Source: Chrysomallon squamiferum
Lineage: Eukaryota; Animalia; Mollusca
Assembly: GCA_012295275.1 (NCBI GenBank)
Contig: CM022679.1
Span: 30,752,001 to 30,816,000, forward strand
Reading direction: 5' to 3'
DNA: 64,000 nucleotides
Position 1 is the first letter of the stretch. Each line of letters opens with the position of its first letter. Position numbers and translations under genes: made by a program. The notes below the pieces were generated by a model. It was not told the origin of the DNA and did no database searches. It saw only the letters and a program-made list of their open reading frames with translations. Of this stretch, positions 56,101 to 64,000 are shown piece after piece.

Positions 56101-58986
56101 TTTAAATACATTTTAAAAATATTTAACAAAATTAATTAACTGACACACTGATTTAATAAAGGACTGTTTTACTTTATAAATGAATTAAAACACTGATGTT
56201 TTAGATTTGATGACACCTGGTTTTGAGTTTCATTTTGGGCTAATTTTACCAATTTACAGTAACATACCTTGAAGAAGACCATCCCATGGACTTCATTTTA
56301 ATAAAACACACACACACACCAACACACAGATAAGAAGTATACAGTTTTTGTGGTATACAAGCTAAAAAAAACTTGATGAATGTGTGCATGCATGCATGAA
56401 GCATTTATTTCAAGTCAAAAAAGGAACCAAAAAAAAAAATCAAAGGCTAGCTAATAAAGGAAGAGTATATAGATTTTGTTTTGTAAGGAAGTGGAAAAAA
56501 TCTTTGATAATAATGGAAATCTTTATATGGCTGGCCATTAACCTGCGACAAGATTCAGTAATTACAAGACTTCATTTCAGCTACACGCCAACATCAAGCA
56601 CGCAGCTACACCATTTCAGCCACGTAGCAGCAACATCTGGGCTGGAACTGTTTTGTAACGTGAATGTTCCCTTGGGACTTGGACGAGGTTTCCATTTTGT
56701 TAAAAAGAAGTTGTCATACTTTTAATTTTGTAACGATTTTAGAACTTGTGTATGTAATTAATGTGTGTCTTTTTGTTAGTCAGAAAGATAATGATATTTT
56801 GTACTGAATTGGTAACCATTTATTCATTCATTCATTCAATTTTACAACTTTTCTGTTACGTGTATAAGCTTTGGCAGTTTGTGTTTATGTGTATAATGTA
56901 TATGTAGATATCTGTGTATATATCTGTGTATGTGTATGCATATATATGTGTATATGTATGGGAGTGTGTGTCTGTGTGAGTACATGTGTATGTATATGTG
57001 TGTGTATGCATATGTCTGTGTTTATGTCAGAGAAATTGCTTAGAAACTTTATCATAAAAAAGAAAGAAAAAAAAACCAGATGAGAAGAAAAGAATTTAAA
57101 ACAATGTCAGTTATATGCATATGAACAAAAAACATCTCATATAAAAAGACATAACAATAAAAACTTATCTTTCTAAGGACAATACTACATAATGCATATG
57201 AAATACTGAATACTGATGGAAGGAAATTAATACTAAAATAATATGCAAACAATGAGTTACAGAAATAAATATAAAAACAAAAACCACAGAAATAATTGTA
57301 ATAGTGAAGATCGTCTAGACAATGTTACATACAAGGAGAATCACTAGCTAAACACCATAAGTAAAAGAATCGATAATAAAATTTTAAAAGAATGAAAATA
57401 ATATAGAGGAAGAAAACTGAAGTAAGGAAAAGCAATGATAAGATGAACACAAAAAAATGAAAAAAAAAAATAATAACAAAAGAGAAAAATAAAAACAGAA
57501 TAATAATGGTTTTATCTAAGGAAGAAAGAAATGATAAATATTTTAAAAAATGTATAACGAATGATGTAAAAAAAAAAAGATATAACAAGGAATCTCTCTC
57601 ACTACGGCAACCATCAAAAAGAATTACACTAATACGGAATTCAAATTGAATTTTTGTCAAGCATAAAGAGACAGATGGTTTCTGTAATGAATCAAAGACC
57701 ACAGAATGAGTCATTAGTTACATAAACCAAGAGAAAAATACAGTTATTTACAAAGAGTAATTGAGTTAACTGGTCGTGTACTACTGGGTATGTAACAGAA
57801 TCTAATCAAACTGATTAAATTATTACATGATAAAAACAAACTAAGGCTCGGATTAGCTGTGTTGTATAATTCAAGCAATCTGTCAGCTGTCTGAAATAAG
57901 TGTTGCTTGTTTAGTAGATCTAAGCACATTTGTACTGGACATAATCTAAGACGGTATTGATGGGTTAGAGAGTTAGGTGGTTAAAGTTATGATTTATTTA
58001 AAGTAAAGATATTTTTTTATATTTTTTATATGGAATATAGGTTATCATAATGCTATTAATATATAAATTAATTTTGTACATACACATACAAACACATTGT
58101 ATTAGGCTATTTGAAATTGTATAGGTATAGATAAATAGAAAGATGGATAGATAGACAGATAGATAGACATCTGGATTAATAGATAAAGAGAGAGGTGATA
58201 CATTTTAGTCTCCAGTAACTGCTTTATGAAAGGTTAGGCATCAGTGATATATGCCTTTCAGCCTACAGGAAGGTTATATAAATATTACCTTGCAGCTAAC
58301 TGATAACAGCAGTTTGTGATATGAAAACAAGTTTCTTTTTTTCATTATGTAAAATGTGTATGTTAAAAATCAAAATTCATCTAAATACAATAAAATATCC
58401 TATCATTCATTCACTGACTAAATGTTAAAATGTGTAAAGTAATATTCTAATCTATCTTATTCTATTCACTTATTTATTCAATCATTCAATCAATTATTCA
58501 ATTATACTACATTTGCACCAAGTCACAGTCTGTAAGCCTATTTTTGTAATATAAATACGTGAAGAGAGAAAATATATAACATTAACATTCTGACATCATA
58601 AATACATCACTCTTTATGGAACTCTCCCATGAAAGAAGACTGAAAAATCACATCACATCATAGAAAATCTTGATGAGAAGAAACTCTCGGAGGAGAGATA
58701 TATTTAGAAGATACTGCCAACTGCCCCAGGTCAGCAAATTACACTTGTTTGCCAGAAAAATCCCAGGAGAAACACTGAAGTGAAACAGAATCAATAAAAC
58801 TAAAAGTTCCGTTTTTTAGCTCTTACGAAATAAGTGAACAACAGAAAGAGCCGAAAAGACGATATGTTAGTAACAAGACCCGAGGGGGGAAAGTAAATCT
58901 GTGAAAAACAATTCTGTTTTAACAAACAGGAAATAAGAAATAAAATATATTTTAGAAATCTGAAATAAGATAATTGTTTTGGGAAC

Positions 58987-59024
<38 letters not shown>

Positions 59025-59752
59025 ATGATTTTTGGTGCTTCAACAATTGAGATATTACGAAGAAGAAAAAAAATCTAATTCTGAGAAATCACTGTCACAA
59101 GATTTTTTATTTTTATAATCATGTTTCTTTTCTTTTTTTCTTTTTATTTAATCAGGAGCAGAGGGCATTTCTTCTTCTTCTTCTTTTTCTTTTTTTGTAC
59201 ATTTACTCTGGAATTTATTAAATATTTGCATTAAAACAATGGTAACAAGATTTTGTTTTTGTGTTTGCAATAATAAAACCAATATCATAAGAATTTCAGT
59301 GATGGCACCAATAACACAAGAATTTTGTGTTTCATTTGTGTGAAGAAATTTGTAACACAATATTTTCTGTATTTTGGGACATCCGAAATATCTACCAGTT
59401 CATATTCTAATAAGGAAATCAATAAAATAATAATTTCTGTATTTATGAAATTAGTAAATCAGTAACTGGTGTGGTAAAAATCAAGAAAAGAAAAAATCTG
59501 AGAAATTTTAACAAGTTTATGGTGATAATGGCAGAATATCAATATATTTTGATGGATGAGACTGGGTTTCTGTGTTTTCTTGTTTTTATGAATCTCTGGG
59601 GTTAACACAAAGCCAGACTTTATTATGAAAACTGTTTCACATTTTCTCTCGCCTACAATATGTCATCAACTCTCAGAGGCCATCTTGAAATACAAACATG
59701 GTTTACAGAACCATCAACTGTATGTTTCAAAAGTGTACTGGTTGACATTGTG

Positions 59753-59774
59753 TTGCTTTTTATTTATATAAATA

Positions 59775-59812
<38 letters not shown>

Positions 59813-59846
59813 GTAACATATAGGTATTTATATAAATAAAAAGCAA
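59753..59846. repeat. Perfect 29-bp inverted repeat around a (TA)n core
   Basis: TTGCTTTTTATTTATATAAATACCTATAT (59753-59781) and its exact reverse complement (59818-59846). Confidence 0.9.
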
Positions 59847-62429
59847 AAAAAAAATATCTATCTATATATAGATACAGTTTAATATGTCATGTGATGTGAC
59901 ATGTTATGTAACACATGATATAATAATTATATATGTTATGAAGATATGTGATGTGATATATGATACAATATGATGTTTTGATATGCGTTATGATTTGATA
60001 TGATATGATATGAAACAATATGATATTAGTGTTTGTGATGCAATATAACATATATCTATAATTTTATTCAAAATGATGTCATATATTTTGTATGATGTGA
60101 TATAACATTATGATGTAATATGATATTTTTATGTCTTGTGATATGATATAATATGACATAACATATCAAACACAGCGGCAACTGTTCTGGCAGGCTTTAT
60201 GTGTCTATCTTCCCACTTTTCTGGTATTTTTATGTACAACTCATGTTGCCATTAGCAACCATTCAGAATTATTTTGCAGCTTATCTTCTCTGCACGGTGT
60301 ATAATCTGTCATTTCTAGACTGCGTCTGCTTTAATCTGCGAACGTCTAACCACAAACTCAATACTTGGATAACTGATTTCAGCAGGTCACAAAATTTCAT
60401 TTCTTTCTGACCCAGACTCTAATGAGGACCAAATATTGACTTTCAGAGCCCTCCCCCATGCCTCTGAAAATACGTCAGACAAATATATATATAAAAAAAA
60501 TAAAAAATAAAAAATAAAAATAAAATGAAAATATTAGAAGAATTGAAAGAGGGGGTTGGAATGAAGCTAAACAAAGCAACAAAGAAGGAAAGTAAAAAAG
60601 AAAGTTTGGGAAAGGTGAAAGAAGAAAAACAAATTGAAAGAATAATGAAATATGTGACAATGTATAAAGACAACAATTTTAATGAAATTTTTAATAACAA
60701 CAACACTACTACTACTAGTACACTGTTACTGCTACTGTTACTACTGCTTCTACTACTACTATGCCTACTATTACTACTACTTCTGCTAATAATAATAATA
60801 ATTAAAAAATTAAAGAAAAGAGAACAAAAAACCTGCCTGCAACAGCAAGAAACTTAAATTTGTTAATAGTTATAATTCTCTTTTGAGAATATCACATTTA
60901 AAGATCTTGGTTTAATAACTGTTCACAAAATAATTTTAGAAGGATTATAGAAAATAGCATAATTTTTCAACTTCCTTTGTTGTTATCTTTGATTATATTG
61001 TGTTTTTAATATATTTATCTTCCAATAAAAAATAAATTTATGAGTATGTAATAAATATTTTATGATCGTGTTGTTCAATGAGTTTGTTTGCCTTGCAGTT
61101 CTAGTAGTTCAGTTATAGAAGACATCAATATGGTGTATTACTGTTGTTGTTGTTGTTTTTATTGTTATTACTACAACTACTACCACTACTTAATTTTATA
61201 TGATAAATAACAATCCTATCGATAATATATTTTTGTTTTCTTGTTATTAGTTTTTACTTGTTTTCTTTACAAAACAAATAATTGAAAATAATAATCTTTT
61301 AGAAAATAGTATCATGTATCACACTGATGATTAATATTGTTAAGATGCAGAAGGATAACATTCATAACTACATATATACATAGAGAGAGAGAGAGATACT
61401 ATTGCTACTGTTACCAGTGACATTACTACTACATCCAAACTCTAGAGATACATATAATCCCAGTAATATTATGAATCATTAATGTAGCATATTCTTTCTT
61501 TTTTCCCCTTTTCTTTTTTCATTCATACTGTCATAATCACATTTAAACCTGAGAAAGACATACATTACAATTATTAACAAAGAGGAGAGCTGTGCAACAA
61601 AGACTGAAATTGTCAAAGATCCTTTAATACAGCAGAGCTTTGAGCTGTAGCTTGGGCAGCTAATGTCTAAATCCAGCCATGATCCTAAGTTATAACAAGT
61701 CTTGTAGAAAATAGTATCAGTAAAATAACAACACTTTGACTCACATGTTTGTGATAAAATCCATGAATCACATCCATAAAGGCTGTATCATTATAAAATG
61801 ACATATTCTGTACGTCAGTCGCGATTTCTGAATTAGCTTTGTTAGTCTGGGATACCAGACCACTGGGAACCTATCTTCTGTCATTGTTATATGTATTTAT
61901 TTATTTGTATTTCATGCTAACTGTGGTTGGTTGTCTAGAAATATTGTTTATGTAATTTATATTTATAAATAACTGAAATGATAACTATATATATATATGT
62001 ATATATAAAAAGAAAAAAAATATCGTATTAAATGAATATCTGAATGTAGAGATAAATAAAGATTAATAAATATAAAAGTGAAATAAATAAATAGATAAAT
62101 AAATAAATAAGTATAAAAATATACAAGAATATAAGAATAATAGGTATAGAAATAAATGTTTAAATTAGTTAATTAATTAATAAATATAAAAGCATAAAGT
62201 TGAAATAATAAATAAAAACAATATATGAAAAAAAAAAAATAAATAAAAAAAAATAATTAATTAAACTTATTTACTCTTTTAGTTTTGTTACCACTGCTAC
62301 TAGTGTTACCACTAAACATCAAAAACGTAATTCCTACCATAAAATTAATACTACATTACTAATAATACAACTAATGTATTACAATCAGTAGCTACATATC
62401 TAATTATTAATAGTAGCACCATCATCAAA

Positions 62430-62930
62430 CTAAATGTCACTGCTGCTACTACTATATTCCACAAGCTTGAGGAAAACTACTACAGTTATTACTTTTGTTA
62501 TTACCACTGCTTCTGCTGTTAGGCTACTGTAGCAACAGCAACTACTACTACTACTTTTATTACTGTTACAACTACTAATTTTAATACTGATACCATAAGT
62601 ACTATCAAAACAGTAACTATTATTGTTAAAATTTGTATTTGTTGTTGCTATTGTTATTATTGTTGTTGTTGTTATTGTTATTATTGTTGTTGCTGTTCTT
62701 ATTACCATAATTATTGTTTTATTATTTTTATTATTATCATTATCATTATTATTTGTATTATTATTATTATTATTATGATTATTATTGTTGTTGTTATTAC
62801 TACTACTACTTCTACAATTATTATTATTATTATTGGTATTATTACTATCATCATCATCAAGTTTATTTTTTATTGGTATTATTATTATTATTATTATCAT
62901 TGCCATCATCATTATTATCATGATCATCCT
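62430..62930. repeat. Trinucleotide low-complexity tract (TAC/TAT/TGT/CAT)
   Basis: Directly visible; source of spurious poly-N/I/Y ORFs. Confidence 0.85.
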
Positions 62931-64000
62931 CCTCACAAAGAGAATGATTTACAAAATAATCGACTGGTAATCTGCTAAATCTACACACAATCATGTGTTA
63001 GGTTTTGAATTTTTCATGGACTCTCGCAGTTTGTGTTGCTGGAGACACAGGAATTGATTTCTTTATTGCTTTAAGGAAATAAGAGGTTTGCGTGCTGTCT
63101 AGAGGAGCAAATAAAACAGAGTTATTGTTGGATAAAAATTATTCCAGTGTGGCCCACCAGGAAAAGATTTTTCCCTCTGACTTCGCTGCATGGATTAGAA
63201 TTGAAATATAAAACACTTATAATGCACTCATCTCTTACAGAGAATATCTAGGATCAATTCCCATCAGGGGGATTACCATTTTTTATTACAATTCCCATTC
63301 CAACCAGTGCTGGAAACTCGTATCAAATATTTGTTGTTTGTGCTCCATGATAGAATGCTACTTGGTAGTATGGAAAATACTGTTTTAATGTATAATTGAT
63401 AAATCAAAACCCATGGTAAATGCTGTTGTTAATGCAACAAAATTGTTATTATTTTCTACTGCTGCTGAGAACAAAATATTGTAGGATTACTTTAAGACAA
63501 TTGTATGTAATTTGGTTATTATTTGATTTGTAATAGCTACTGATAAAAAATTTGTTCTAGTTCTGACATGAAAAAAAACCCCTGATTTTTCAACAGCAGT
63601 TATAGAAGGGAATAAATGGATCTTGTAGCATTTTTAATGAAATCAGTGAAAAAATAAATTAAATTAAATTAAAAAATTATTTATAGAAACTATAAAAAAA
63701 TAAATGAACCTAAGAATTAATGAAAATAAAACAAGGGGAAAGAAAGAAAGTAACTGGGTGAACTAAAATAACTAAAAGAAGACCTAAAACTGAATAAATA
63801 AATAATAAAAATTGTGTAATGAAGATAATAAATTATCTACAACAAATCTGAAATGTTAAAAAGAGATTTCTAAAATAAAATATTTTGGTATTTAAAAATG
63901 ATTGAATTATTGACACAAACTAATGATAAATTAATAAAATGTCAGTAACCATTCTTAACCAAAAATATCTTCACATCACCATTTGTCGTATTTGAATTAT

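Noticed and set aside
62430-62978. Poly-Asn/Ile/Tyr/Leu ORFs (also 48148-48720, 17977-18570, 9511-9723, 60525-60857)
   Set aside because: Trinucleotide microsatellite and low-complexity translations.

Overview
AT-rich, microsatellite-dense animal genomic DNA with spliceosomal introns. It is probably a mollusc (gastropod-like, judged only from remembered repeat families). Two protein-coding genes are supported and lie tail-to-tail. On the + strand are the last three coding exons of a TRPC-family-like cation channel (878-2910, stop at 2908-2910, C-terminus ...SESKV). On the - strand is a complete high-affinity choline transporter (SLC5A7/CHT1/cho-1) in 8 coding exons (ATG 32215 to stop 15398). 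All its introns are GT-AG and phase-consistent, giving 1722 nt and 573 aa, and there is a possible non-coding first exon and promoter near 45.9-46.1 kb. Almost all other ORFs in the supplied track are microsatellite artefacts. The most notable unexplained structures are: (1) tandem 101-bp copies of the SLC5A7 exon end plus splice donor inside the intron; (2) a candidate small + strand gene at 50.9-54.0 kb encoding an MGSCVC- dual-acylation peptide behind ETS and X-box motifs; (3) a housekeeping-type motif cluster inside an SLC5A7 intron; (4) COE motifs upstream of SLC5A7; (5) a 28-bp TATCGATA array; (6) a perfect 29-bp inverted repeat; and (7) many unrelated, locally seeded decaying minisatellites. 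None of these is proven without expression or comparative data.
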